Part shown: in pieces, positions 9,549-18,829 of the stretch
Numbering within the stretch: the stretch's first letter is position 1
Layout of the letters: each line of letters starts with the position of its first letter
Assembly (NCBI GenBank): GCA_963796055.1
Contig: CAWCKH010000004.1
Location: 2,912,001 to 2,976,000, forward strand
Direction of reading: 5' to 3'
Length of the DNA: 64,000 nucleotides
Source of the DNA: an uncultured delta proteobacterium
GTDB lineage: Bacteria > Myxococcota > Myxococcia > Myxococcales > Myxococcaceae
The notes under the pieces: generated by a model
Seen by the model: only the letters and a program-made list of their open reading frames with translations
Told to the model about the DNA's origin: nothing
Database searches by the model: none
Made by a program: the position numbers and the translations under genes

Positions 9549-10277
9549 TCATCCGAACTTGTAGGCAAGACCAAGCAGGGCTTGAAACGTAAAATCGGTT
9601 CCATACTTGGTAAAGATCATCGGCCCGGTGCGAAGGTTGAAGGTCACCGCCAGGGACCTGTCCAGAAAATACTCGACCCCTGCGCCGAAGAGGATGGGAA
9701 CAGTCAGGGTGCCGTAGTCGCCAAAGGTCACGAACACAGGGAGATCCAGATTGAGGGCAACATTGAAATTTCCCGCCACCGCTACGCCGAAGACCAGACC
9801 GGCGGGAAATGCAATGCCGAACTGCGTCCCTCCGACACTGCTGCAGACGTTGGCGGCGGAATAGACGCTGACATCGACGGTGTGCGTACCCAAGATCACG
9901 GGCATACAGAACGACTGACCCAAGAAATACGTGAGCATCCCCGGCGCGAACCAGAGGCCGAGGTTGTACCGCGGGGTCTTCAGCAGCGTGCCCTTGAGGT
10001 AGGCCAGCAGCTTGATGCCCTTGTAGGAGGCCCTGACATCGCCCTCGTAGTTGTAGTTGAAGGTGAAGACCCCGCCGAAATCGAAGTTGGGACTGCCGCC
10101 GTGAAGCACGCTGATTGAGAGTCCCGGCCAGGCCGCCTGCACGTGAACGGACGTTGCTCCTCCGCCGACTGTCTCCCCGGTCACCACCGACCACTCCTGG
10201 CCGCCAGCTGCCACTGCGTGACAGGGCGCGAACGCCAGCACGCCCAGGACCGCGCACCGCTGAAGAACTTTCCTCAC
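9549..10277 (-). CDS. Putative outer-membrane beta-barrel protein
   Basis: GGGAGG then GTG; signal peptide; amphipathic beta strands; C-terminal LLGLAYKFG. Confidence 0.75.
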   Translation of the reverse strand: MRKVLQRCAVLGVLAFAPCHAVAAGGQEWSVVTGETVGGGATSVHVQAAWPGLSISVLHGGSPNFDFGGVFTFNYNYEGDVRASYKGIKLLAYLKGTLLKTPRYNLGLWFAPGMLTYFLGQSFCMPVILGTHTVDVSVYSAANVCSSVGGTQFGIAFPAGLVFGVAVAGNFNVALNLDLPVFVTFGDYGTLTVPILFGAGVEYFLDRSLAVTFNLRTGPMIFTKYGTDFTFQALLGLAYKFG

Positions 10278-10438
10278 TCGAGACCTCCCGAAGCCCACTG
10301 AAGCAGCGCCCAAGGAGGCGCCGATGGTGATACGCACGAAGCCGGCGCGGTTTCTCACCAGGCGCTTCCGGAGAGGCCGGCAGGGAAGTGCGTTGTCTTC
10401 GCCTGGCCCGCCGCGTACGTTGAGCACCGCTTGATTCC

Positions 10439-10993
10439 ATGTCTTCAGCACTGGACAGGTTCTCCTCCGAGCTGGAAGCGGCGGTGGGAAGGTTCGCGGC
10501 GCTGGTCCGTCGGGTCGGGCTCAAGCATCGGCTGTCCGAGGCGGACCTAGAGGATGTGCTTCAGGAGGTCCGGATTCGCCTCTGGCGCGCGCGTTCTCGC
10601 CCGCAAAGTGAGAGAACCGAGCAGGTCTCTGCGTCCTACGTGTATCGGGTAGCGGTGTCGGCGGCGGTGGATCTCCTGCGCCGTCGGCGTGCCCGTGGCG
10701 CGGAGCAAACTGTGGCTTTGGACGAAACGGAGGAGCTCGTCGCCGACCACTCGGATCCGGCCCGATCGGTCGAGCAGGCCGAGCTGTCAGCGCAGCTGGC
10801 CCGGGCGATCGAGGCGATCACGCCCTCGCGCCGTCCGGTGGTTCGGATGTACCTCGCCGGCTACTCCGGTGAGGAGGTCGCCAAGGTGATGGGGTGGTCC
10901 GAGCCGAAGACCCGCAACCTGCTCTACCGCGGGCTCGCGGATCTGCGTGAGCGACTGACAGAAATGGGCATCGGATGGGAGACCAGACCGTGA
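10439..10993 (+). CDS. ECF-family RNA polymerase sigma factor
   Basis: Region 2 DLEDVLQEVRIRLW...YVYRVAVSAAVDLLR; region 4 GYSGEEVAKVMGWSEPKTRNLLYRG. Confidence 0.92.
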   Translation: MSSALDRFSSELEAAVGRFAALVRRVGLKHRLSEADLEDVLQEVRIRLWRARSRPQSERTEQVSASYVYRVAVSAAVDLLRRRRARGAEQTVALDETEELVADHSDPARSVEQAELSAQLARAIEAITPSRRPVVRMYLAGYSGEEVAKVMGWSEPKTRNLLYRGLADLRERLTEMGIGWETRP

Positions 10994-11637
10994 CCGACGA
11001 GGCACTGCGAGAGGCGTACCAGCGGGCGCTCGAAGCGCGCCGGGTCAGCAGCCGGGAGCCCTGCGTGGCCCCGGAGGCGATGGTGTCGCTGCTGAGGGGC
11101 GAGGGCGCCGAGGAGCAGCGGCTGGAGGCGCTCGACCACGTGATGGGCTGCGGTGCGTGCCGCTCCGAGTTCGAGCTGCTGCGCTCGATGGAGCAGGCCG
11201 GCGCCGGGACAGCGGAGCGGGCGAGGCCCGCAGTCCTGCAGATTCCTCGGCGGATTGCGGTCCCCCTCGCTCTGGCCGCCTCACTCATCCTGCTGGTCAC
11301 GGTCGGGCAACGGCTCAGGTCGCCGGAGGGCACCGATGTCGAACGCGGAAGCATGGACGGGGTCACGCTCCTCGGGCCGCCGGCCGAGATCGCGGCGGGG
11401 ACTTCTCCGACGTTCACCTGGAAGCCCGTGCCCGGCGCACAGAGCTACGAGCTCGAGGTGCTCGACGAGAAGGGCGCCGTCGTCTGGGGCGCGAAGACGA
11501 CCGAGACCTCAGTGACCATGTCCGGTCCTGTCTTGATGGTGCCCGGCAAGAGCTACCGCTGGTGGGTGCGAACCACGACCGCCTCGGGCAATCAGCGGGC
11601 GTCCGCGGTCCGGAGCTTGCGCATCCGGATGAAATAG
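10990..11637 (+). CDS. Putative zinc-binding (ZAS/zf-HC2) membrane anti-sigma factor with extracytoplasmic beta-sandwich domain
   Basis: GTGA coupling to the sigma stop; HVMGCGAC (HxxxCxxC); TM IAVPLALAASLILLVTVG; FTWKPVPGAQSYELEV...GKSYRWWV Ig/FN3-like C-terminus. Confidence 0.8.
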   Translation: MTDEALREAYQRALEARRVSSREPCVAPEAMVSLLRGEGAEEQRLEALDHVMGCGACRSEFELLRSMEQAGAGTAERARPAVLQIPRRIAVPLALAASLILLVTVGQRLRSPEGTDVERGSMDGVTLLGPPAEIAAGTSPTFTWKPVPGAQSYELEVLDEKGAVVWGAKTTETSVTMSGPVLMVPGKSYRWWVRTTTASGNQRASAVRSLRIRMK

Positions 11638-14576
11638 GCCGCCGCACCCGCTGCGGCCACCACCGGAAGCGCCAGGAGCAAGCCCACCCACCCGGAAGCC
11701 ACCAGCGGCGTCCGCAGCGGGACGCGGACGAGAGGGTCGCCCACTGCCGTGAACACCGCCCATTCATTCGGTGCAGCGCCCCGCCCAAGCGCATCGAGCT
11801 TCGCCGCGCGCAGCGCATCCGCGACCGGCAGATCTCGTGCGAGTGCATCGTAGAACGATTTCACGAATGCGACCGTGGCCTGGTCGCGGATCCGCCAGCT
11901 GGTCGCGACCACGGAGCGCGCGCCGGCCTGCAAGAGCGGGGCGGTGAGGCCCATCACCCCCTCTCCTTCCACCACTACGCCCCGCGCGGTGCGGCACGCC
12001 GAAAGCACCACCAGGTCCGCGTCGAGACGGAGCGCGGCCAGCTCTCCGGGACTGACGAAGCCGCTCTCGCCCTCGCCGGGCGCGAGCGCAAGGGCAGTGC
12101 GCGCAGCGGTGCCCTCGTCCACCAGGGCATGCGTGGCGAAGTGCAGAATCCGGAATCGAGCGAGGTCGGCATGCTTCAGATAGGCCGCGCTTGCCGCCTC
12201 GCGGAGCCTGACCTCGGCCTCCGGCGCGTAGCCTGCGACGAGCTGGATCTCGCGAGCACTGGCCTGAAGACGCGGTAGTCCACCGCTGACCTTGAATGCG
12301 GATCGGAAGACCTCTGCGTCGTCGTTCGCCGACGGGACCTCGCCACCCTCGCCAGCGCGGGGGAAGGTGGGATCCCCGAAAGCGAGAAGCCGCATCGGAC
12401 GGGCAGAGGTGCCAGCCTCGCGAGATCTTCGCCAGAGCGCCGACACCACTGCCGCAGAGGGCGCGACGCTCACCGAATAATGCTGAACGACGTGCCGGCC
12501 ATCGGCCAGGCGGAGGGCGTCCCAGGGTAGGCGATGCAACGGGCCGTCCGGGACGATCACCAGTCGGGTGACGTTGGGGCCAAGGCCCGCGAGCGCCGGC
12601 TGGAGCAAGGCCTCTCCGAGGGCACCTGCAAGCTCGCCGGCGTCGGCCCCGCCTTCCAGGAGCGCGACGAAGCGCGCCACCTGGGTCGACAACTCCTTCG
12701 GCACCTCCAGGGAGTGGACCTGCAAGCCGGAGCGCTGGACCACGAACAGCGTCGCCGGACCATCCTGGTTGCCGACGATGTACTCGAGCAAGGCAGTCCT
12801 CTCGTCGGGGATCGAGGTGGCGATGGCGTCCGCGGTGACCGGGCCGGAACCCCGCGCTTGCAGCGACTTCGCGTCGGCCTTGGCGCCGATACGCAGCGCC
12901 TCGGCCTGGAGCAGCGCTTCCATCAGCTCGCGAGCGCGGCGGCGTTCCGCAAGCTCGAAGGCGGAGGCGGCCCGACCACCCGCCGCGAGCAATCCCAGCA
13001 AGCGCGCCACGCTGGCGTCCTGATCGCTCTTGCCAACCGTCTTCAGCTCCGCTGGGGAGGTCTGAAAGGCGAGTAGCCGCAGCTCGCGGTCGCCGAGGCC
13101 GGCTCTCCAGCGATCCAGGTCATCCCAGGCGGACATCGCCTCCTGCTCGGCGCCACCGACCTCCCCGCGGAGGGCATGAATTTCGGCGAGCCTGAGGCGC
13201 GTCTCGTAGCGCGCGACGGGCTGGGATGCGTCAGCAGTGGCCAGGTATGACTTCAGGGAGGATTCGGCTTCGGCCAGATCGCCGCGAAAAAGCGCGAGAA
13301 GCCCGAAATCGAGCTTGAGCTGGTCGGTCCACCGCTGCATCCGAAGCCGGTGGGCGAGCTGCTCGGCATCACCGAGCGCCCGGGCGGCGGCTGCCCAGTC
13401 GGCCTCGCGCATGTCGATGGCGGCGAGCATGCGGTGAAGCTCGAAGACGTCGGTCGCCTCGCGGGTGGAGCGGTAGAACTCCAGGACCTCGAGCACCTGG
13501 CGCCTCGCCTCTTCCGGCTTTCCGGCGGCCAGCGAGAGGAAGGCCAGGTACCTGCGGGGGATGGTTGTGCTGGACGGATCGCCCTGGGCCTCGTACATGG
13601 CCACGGAGCGCTCCAGGTGTTCTCGGGCAGTCGCCAGGTCGTTGACGTGCATCGCGACGTCGGCAAGCCCGTTGTGGGCTCCGGCGATGGCGAATAGGTT
13701 GTGCGACCTCTCGGCCTCTGCGAGCCCCACGCGCAGTGCTTCCAACGCCTCTCCGAAATCGCCATACGACAGATGAGCTCCCGCGCGGTCGGTGATGGTG
13801 ACCGCGAGCCAGCTGACGTCGCGCGCTCTGCGGAATCTCTCCTCTGCCTGCCGGAAGAAGGCGACCGCCGACGGGTACTCCGAGCGGTAGAAGTGCACCT
13901 TCGCCGCAGAGCGCAGCGCCTGCGCCTCGGCCCTCAAGTCGCCCGCCCGGCGCGCGATGGCAATGCTCGCCTCCGCGTCCGCCATTGCTTCCGGAGCGCC
14001 GGAAACACCACGGAGGCCCGCACGATGACTCAACAGATGCGAATGCAAATCGAGCGCGCCCTCCGGGATCAATTGCAGCGCCCGATCCAGGAGTGCCAGG
14101 CCAGCCGGCACGCCGCTCACTCGCCCGGCGACGAAGGACAGAGCGATCAGCGCCTCTGCCTCCGCGGCTCTGTCGCGCGCCGCGTGCGCTGCCTTCCGGA
14201 CAGCTTCGAACTCCGCTTCGGCGCCGTTGCTGAACCCGCGCTCCTCGAGTGCCCAGGCCTGGCCAAGACGGGCATAGATCGCAAAGCCGTCCGCCGGAGA
14301 GGAGGTGGGATCACTCAGGCGGCGATAGAGGGCCTCCGCGTTCGGATAGTCGTAGGTGAGTCGCGAGAGCGTGGCGAGACCGAGAAAGGCTCCCCGGTTC
14401 GTGGAGTCGCGCGCGAGCCTCTCCTGCCAGAGCCCTCGCAGTCCCGCCCCGCCGTCGTTCTCGATGGCTCGCGTCGCTTCGCGCACGACGGCTCGGGGGT
14501 CATCCAGCGCACCCGCCGGGGTTGAGGTCACCGCCAGCGTCTGCGCAATGGCCAGAGTGCAGAGCAGCGGCAGCAT
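11592..14576 (-). CDS. TPR-repeat CHAT-domain (caspase/HetF-like) cysteine protease, exported and C-terminally membrane anchored
   Basis: Signal-like N-terminus; TPR helices; IVPDGPLHRLPWDAL, ILHFATHA (catalytic His), LVVLSACRT (catalytic Cys), AGARSVVATSW; C-terminal TM followed by a basic tail. Confidence 0.93.
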   Translation of the reverse strand: MLPLLCTLAIAQTLAVTSTPAGALDDPRAVVREATRAIENDGGAGLRGLWQERLARDSTNRGAFLGLATLSRLTYDYPNAEALYRRLSDPTSSPADGFAIYARLGQAWALEERGFSNGAEAEFEAVRKAAHAARDRAAEAEALIALSFVAGRVSGVPAGLALLDRALQLIPEGALDLHSHLLSHRAGLRGVSGAPEAMADAEASIAIARRAGDLRAEAQALRSAAKVHFYRSEYPSAVAFFRQAEERFRRARDVSWLAVTITDRAGAHLSYGDFGEALEALRVGLAEAERSHNLFAIAGAHNGLADVAMHVNDLATAREHLERSVAMYEAQGDPSSTTIPRRYLAFLSLAAGKPEEARRQVLEVLEFYRSTREATDVFELHRMLAAIDMREADWAAAARALGDAEQLAHRLRMQRWTDQLKLDFGLLALFRGDLAEAESSLKSYLATADASQPVARYETRLRLAEIHALRGEVGGAEQEAMSAWDDLDRWRAGLGDRELRLLAFQTSPAELKTVGKSDQDASVARLLGLLAAGGRAASAFELAERRRARELMEALLQAEALRIGAKADAKSLQARGSGPVTADAIATSIPDERTALLEYIVGNQDGPATLFVVQRSGLQVHSLEVPKELSTQVARFVALLEGGADAGELAGALGEALLQPALAGLGPNVTRLVIVPDGPLHRLPWDALRLADGRHVVQHYSVSVAPSAAVVSALWRRSREAGTSARPMRLLAFGDPTFPRAGEGGEVPSANDDAEVFRSAFKVSGGLPRLQASAREIQLVAGYAPEAEVRLREAASAAYLKHADLARFRILHFATHALVDEGTAARTALALAPGEGESGFVSPGELAALRLDADLVVLSACRTARGVVVEGEGVMGLTAPLLQAGARSVVATSWRIRDQATVAFVKSFYDALARDLPVADALRAAKLDALGRGAAPNEWAVFTAVGDPLVRVPLRTPLVASGWVGLLLALPVVAAAGAAAYFIRMRKLRTADAR

Positions 14577-14769
14577 GAGATCCCTCGTGCTCGTGCGTCT
14601 GGAGGAGCCAGCGGGACATTAGGCTCCTGCTGAAACGGGTGCAACGAAGGGCTGGGAGCTGGCGAACTTCTCATGTCAGATCCGATGCTGCGGCGCATGT
14701 GCCCTGGCTTGCGCTACGGGGCCAAGCCTGCGTCTCCGCACGTGTCAGGCCACCTCAGGGCTCTACCAG

Positions 14770-15051
14770 GTGCTTGAAGGTCACGAGCTCGACGAGGGCA
14801 TCGAGCAGATGGTGGCGTTCCTGGAGCACTTCCCGTCGTTCCCTTACGCACAGACCATTCGGCTCCGGCTGGCCACCGAGCTCGCCATCGTCGGCAGGAC
14901 GTGCGAGGCACTGATGCAGTTGCGTCAAATCACCGGCACGCCGCAGGAGCCTTTCGTGCTCGAGGACGCGCGGAGACTCATTGCGGCAATCAACGCACCA
15001 GATGCCGGAACAATGCGGCCCCGGCATGACGCGAGAATCCTCGAACCGTAG
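14770..15051 (+). CDS. Hypothetical helical (TPR-like) protein, probably an N-terminally truncated fragment
   Basis: FLEHFPSFPYAQTIRLRLA resembles YfiO/TPR-type FPxSxY segments; start unclear. Confidence 0.4.
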   Translation: MLEGHELDEGIEQMVAFLEHFPSFPYAQTIRLRLATELAIVGRTCEALMQLRQITGTPQEPFVLEDARRLIAAINAPDAGTMRPRHDARILEP

Positions 15052-15444
15052 ACAGACGACTGGTCGAGCTGGCCCGTTGCTCATTCTGCACCGGCGTGCT
15101 CGCGGCAGTGCCTTTACTGGAAATTATCAATCTTGAGCCTCTTAGTTCCTGGACCGAAACGACGGTGTGGACCAGGGTCGCAGGGTGCGCCGGCCATCTC
15201 GCGCGGCGCGCCTCGAAGGAGGGACGACGATGCCGTCGGAACCTGCCCGCAACCTGGTGAACGGGCTCCTGCTCGCCGTCTGCTTGGCGGGGCTGGTGGT
15301 CACGCTCAGCCCCCTCGCCCACCCCGCGGCGCTATTCGCAGTGGCGACCACCCTGCTGGTCAAGCGGACCGGAAGCCCACTGTGGGGGTGAGGTCTACAA
15401 CTGGGGAGCCTGAAGGCGCGTGGCCCGGTCCGAGGCGAACCGGG

Positions 15445-16425
15445 ATGTGGGGGGGATTTGTGGGCTGCCTCCTGGCGGCCGGGGTGGGGGCAGTGCTCGA
15501 CTACACCGCCATCAGCCGCTCGACGATTTCAACGGCGGCCGTGGGCCTCATCTTCGAGCTACCCATCGTGGCTCTTCTTTGGGGCATCCAGGGCGGGCTG
15601 ATTGGATTCTGCACCGGGTACTTGGTGGCCGCCCGTCGAGCAGGTTGGGGCTGGAGAGGGACAGGTACCTTGGTCGCCGGGCTCGTCCTGCTCGCGGTTG
15701 GCGGCCGGCTCGCCCTCGAGGTGGTCACCGGGATCGTCGTCGGTGCCGAGGTCCGGCGGGTGGGTAGAATGGACGAGCCTCAGCTTCGAGGAGTCCTCGA
15801 TTCACGACTGTTCGGACGCAACCTCTTCGTTCTCGCCGCGGTGGCCGGAAACGAGCGAGCCAGCGCGGACATTCTTCGACAGATTGCCTCCCGTTCCGAC
15901 CCGGAGCTGCACCGGAAGCTCGGGAGCATCTACGACGTGATGGGCACCAACACGCACGGGTTGGCGGTCATGCGCCTCGTGGCGAGGAATCCTCACGTCG
16001 ACGGGGAAACCTTGGAGATTCTGTCCCGGAGCCCGGACCCCGCCGTGTTGGGAGACGTGGCGATGAACTCAAAACTGCCCGAGGAGGCCTTGGCCCGCCT
16101 CCTCGGGCGAGAAGAGCGGATGGTGAGCTGGGGCGTGGCTCTCAACCCGAAGACTCCCCCGTGGGCGCTGTCGCGACTCTCGGGGAGCCCGGATGAGTAC
16201 ATTCGTTCCAACGTGGCCAGGAACCCGAGCACGCCACCAGATGAGCTCCGCCAGCTGGCACGCGACTCCCAGTGGCACGTGAGGCGAGACGTGGCGACGA
16301 ATCCGAAGACTCCACCCGACATCCTCGAACTCCTCAGGAGAGACCCTGATGAGAGAGTTCGAGGGGTGGCTGCAAGTTCGCCGACACACTGGGTGGTGCC
16401 GTTCCGCAGCGAACAGGGGCGTTGA
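15445..16425 (+). CDS. Membrane protein with C-terminal leucine-rich-variant/HEAT-like repeats
   Basis: Three N-terminal hydrophobic segments; about 24-aa repeats VAxNPxTPxxxLxxLxxD; true start uncertain. Confidence 0.78.
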   Translation: MWGGFVGCLLAAGVGAVLDYTAISRSTISTAAVGLIFELPIVALLWGIQGGLIGFCTGYLVAARRAGWGWRGTGTLVAGLVLLAVGGRLALEVVTGIVVGAEVRRVGRMDEPQLRGVLDSRLFGRNLFVLAAVAGNERASADILRQIASRSDPELHRKLGSIYDVMGTNTHGLAVMRLVARNPHVDGETLEILSRSPDPAVLGDVAMNSKLPEEALARLLGREERMVSWGVALNPKTPPWALSRLSGSPDEYIRSNVARNPSTPPDELRQLARDSQWHVRRDVATNPKTPPDILELLRRDPDERVRGVAASSPTHWVVPFRSEQGR

Positions 16426-16723
16426 TGGCGATGGGGTGCAGGCAATCGAGTGCCCGCCGTTCTTCCGCCCGTGGCGACAGAATCTTGCAAGGATTCGTTG
16501 GTCCTTTCCGACCACCTCGAGGATCACGAACGTGGGGAGAAACCAGAGGCCAACCAGGCCCAGCCCGATGGAGAGCCGGCGCATCGCCGATGGCTACGGA
16601 CCTGGCTCCACGGGCGCGTCCATGCGATCGCATTCTAGGGCGGCTGTCGGAGCCCCGTCGCGGGCACCGGTGGCGTCGACGCATCGCCTCGACCAAGAAG
16701 CCTTGGGGTACGGCAGCGACGTT

Positions 16724-16792
16724 CCGGCGGCGGCATCAGTGGGTACGCCACCGGCGCGAGGCTCCTCGTCCGAGAGGAGTCCCCCTGGCCGC
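16724..16792 (-). repeat. Degenerate repeat family A, copy 1
   Basis: ccggcgcgaggctcctcgtccgagaggagtccccctggccgc, similar to 17628 and 18830. Confidence 0.75.
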
Positions 16793-16896
16793 GGCGTCGC
16801 CCGCGGCGAAGAGCCCTCCGCGAGGAAGGCCGAGTGCGGAGGACGAGACAGAAGGCCGCCGTGTCGTCGGCTATCAACCCGAGGGGCGCCGGCGAT

Positions 16897-17475
16897 TCAT
16901 CCGGTCCTGAGGCGACGTTCCAGGAGCACATCAGCCGATTTGACGCCCGCACCGACCAGCAACAAGAACGCCGCGGCAAGGAGCATCGAAAAGTCGGTTC
17001 TCGCTTCGTGCAGCATGCTCCACAGCCCGGTCTTGGTGCCCGACGGACTTGCGAAGAGAAAGTAGCCGCGGCCAATCAGGATCGGCACCTTCGTCGACGC
17101 GATTGCGACGAGCATGTCGATGACGAGCAGCACCGCCGCGAGACGGGTGAAGAGCCCGGCCAGGATAAGCAGCCCGCAGACGACCTCCACGGCCCCGACG
17201 AATGGCCCCATCACTCCGGGCGCGGGAATGCCGATCTTCGCAAACCGGCCGGCGCCGAGTGCGGCCGGATAGAGGAACTTTTGGATGCCCTCCGACACGA
17301 ACACGATCGCGACGGCAAAGCGGATCAGGAACGTCGCTGCTGGAGCTTTGCTCTCGAGCACCCTACGCCGGAAGCTGGCGTGTTCCGCTGACGAGGTCAT
17401 GGCGTGCTTCGCGTTGGTCAGGGCTGCCTCACTGCTGTGAATCTCGACGAGCTCCGCTCTTGGGTCTGCTTTCAT
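16897..17475 (-). CDS. DoxX family membrane protein
   Basis: IRFAVAIVFVSEGIQKFL...GRFAKIGIP...HEARTDFSML...GAGVKSAD; GGAGAGG RBS. Confidence 0.9.
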   Translation of the reverse strand: MKADPRAELVEIHSSEAALTNAKHAMTSSAEHASFRRRVLESKAPAATFLIRFAVAIVFVSEGIQKFLYPAALGAGRFAKIGIPAPGVMGPFVGAVEVVCGLLILAGLFTRLAAVLLVIDMLVAIASTKVPILIGRGYFLFASPSGTKTGLWSMLHEARTDFSMLLAAAFLLLVGAGVKSADVLLERRLRTG

Positions 17476-17627
17476 CGTCCTCTCCCGGGGGGTGTTCTTT
17501 CATCAGACACGGCGCTTGCGCGCGGTTGCAGGCTCGCGTCTGCGGATAATTGGTGCGCGGTGGCCGTGTTCGGGCATGGACTGAGTAACCCCCCCACGAG
17601 CGTCTCGTGCAGCCTCAGCCCCGCCAG

Positions 17628-17679
17628 GGCGAGGCCTTCGTCCGAGAGCGAGGATCCCTGGCCGGACCGGGCCCTCGCC
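17628..17679 (-). repeat. Degenerate repeat family A, copy 2
   Basis: ggcgaggccttcgtccgagagcgaggatccctggccggaccgggcc. Confidence 0.7.
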
Positions 17680-17706
17680 TCTCATCGAAGGCTTCTCCCG
17701 ACTGCC

Positions 17707-17805
17707 TTCCAAACGCTTTGAGCTTCGGCGAAGGCGGGTGGCCGTCCAGCCCTCGCGGGAGGCGTGTCCACCGCAGTGCCCGAGGTTGCTCGTAGAGGAC
17801 GCGAG
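17707..17805. repeat. Degenerate ~100-bp repeat family B, copy 1
   Basis: Core gcgggtggccgtccagccc(t/c)cg(c/t)gggaggcgtgtc shared with 18170-18265. Confidence 0.8.
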
Positions 17806-18169
17806 TAGAGGAATAGCGCGCTCGGTGGGAGCGCCCCTTCCTTGCGCAGCAGCGTGAGTTCGCAAACCTGGTCCGCTCAGATGCACCGGGGCGACCAGCT
17901 ACTGCGTCTTATCGAGAGCCATCGGCAGGGCCGCCGAAACGGGCAACTGCAAGGCCGGACGGCCAGCAGCGCATGTCGAAGCCGCGGCGTCCGGTAGGCT
18001 GTACAGAGCAAGCGGTGGCGACGTTTGCTCTCGATGGCCCCGGTCGAGGGACCCAGGGGTCGTGCGAGGCGTGTGGACCCGGTGGCGGTGTTGCTTGTAG
18101 GGGACGTGAGTGGAGTGAGGAGGCCTCCGCGGTGAGACTGCCCCAGTGGGGAGGGCTGCTCCTGACGGT

Positions 18170-18265
18170 CTCCCGAACGCTTCGAGCGTCGGACGCGGGT
18201 GGCCGTCCAGCCCCCGTGGGAGGCGTGTCGAGCTCAGTGCCGAGTTTGCTCTGCCAGGACGCGAG
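18170..18265. repeat. Degenerate ~100-bp repeat family B, copy 2
   Basis: Direct repeat of 17707-17805, both ending aggacgcgag. Confidence 0.8.
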
Positions 18266-18288
18266 CACCCTGGCGTTGGGGACTCGGG

Positions 18289-18726
18289 CTACTTTGCTGG
18301 GATGAGATCTTCGGCCGCGATGATCTGCCACCGTCCGTTGCGCTTGAGCCAGGTGTCAGTCCAGATGAGGGTCTCGACGTAATCCATGCCGTCCTTGGAG
18401 GTCTTTACCTGGCTTTCGCTGCCGTAGGCGATGGCGAGTTTGTCTCCGAAGAAGCGGATCTTCACCTCTCCGAGCTTGCAGTCGCGCGCGGAGGGCTTCT
18501 CCGCCGTGGTCGGCTTCGAATAGCGCTTGCCGGAGGGGCTGGTGCCCTGGAAGTCGTCGGCGAGGAGCGTATGCACGACGTCGTTGCCGTCACAGGCGCT
18601 TTCCGCCCAACGGCGCTCCTGCGAAATCATCCAGACGGCGGTCTTGTCGTCGGCGGATGCCCAGCGGGAGGTTTGGGCGGACGCGGCGGCGGCGGAAAGC
18701 AGCAGGAGTACGGAGAGTAGGCGCAT
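18289..18726 (-). CDS. Secreted NTF2-like (DUF4440/SnoaL-like) protein
   Basis: Signal peptide; LLADDFQGTSPSG...WTDTWLKRNGRWQII pattern. Confidence 0.85.
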   Translation of the reverse strand: MRLLSVLLLLSAAAASAQTSRWASADDKTAVWMISQERRWAESACDGNDVVHTLLADDFQGTSPSGKRYSKPTTAEKPSARDCKLGEVKIRFFGDKLAIAYGSESQVKTSKDGMDYVETLIWTDTWLKRNGRWQIIAAEDLIPAK

Positions 18727-18829
18727 GGCCGGAAAGAGTACCAAGTTGGCGGCTGGGCACTCCCTGGCCTCGGCGGCGACAAAGCTCCCGCGCTGCGCTT
18801 TCTCCCCGTCGGAGAAAAGGTGAGCTCCA

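Noticed and set aside
9154..10524. 456-aa ORF
   Set aside because: Only the last ~111 aa (lipoprotein) is credible; the rest overlaps the barrel gene out of frame
10439..14576. Type III-E CRISPR (Craspase) locus suggested by CHAT plus sigma
   Set aside because: No Cas7-11, other cas genes or repeat-spacer array, and this CHAT protein appears to be exported
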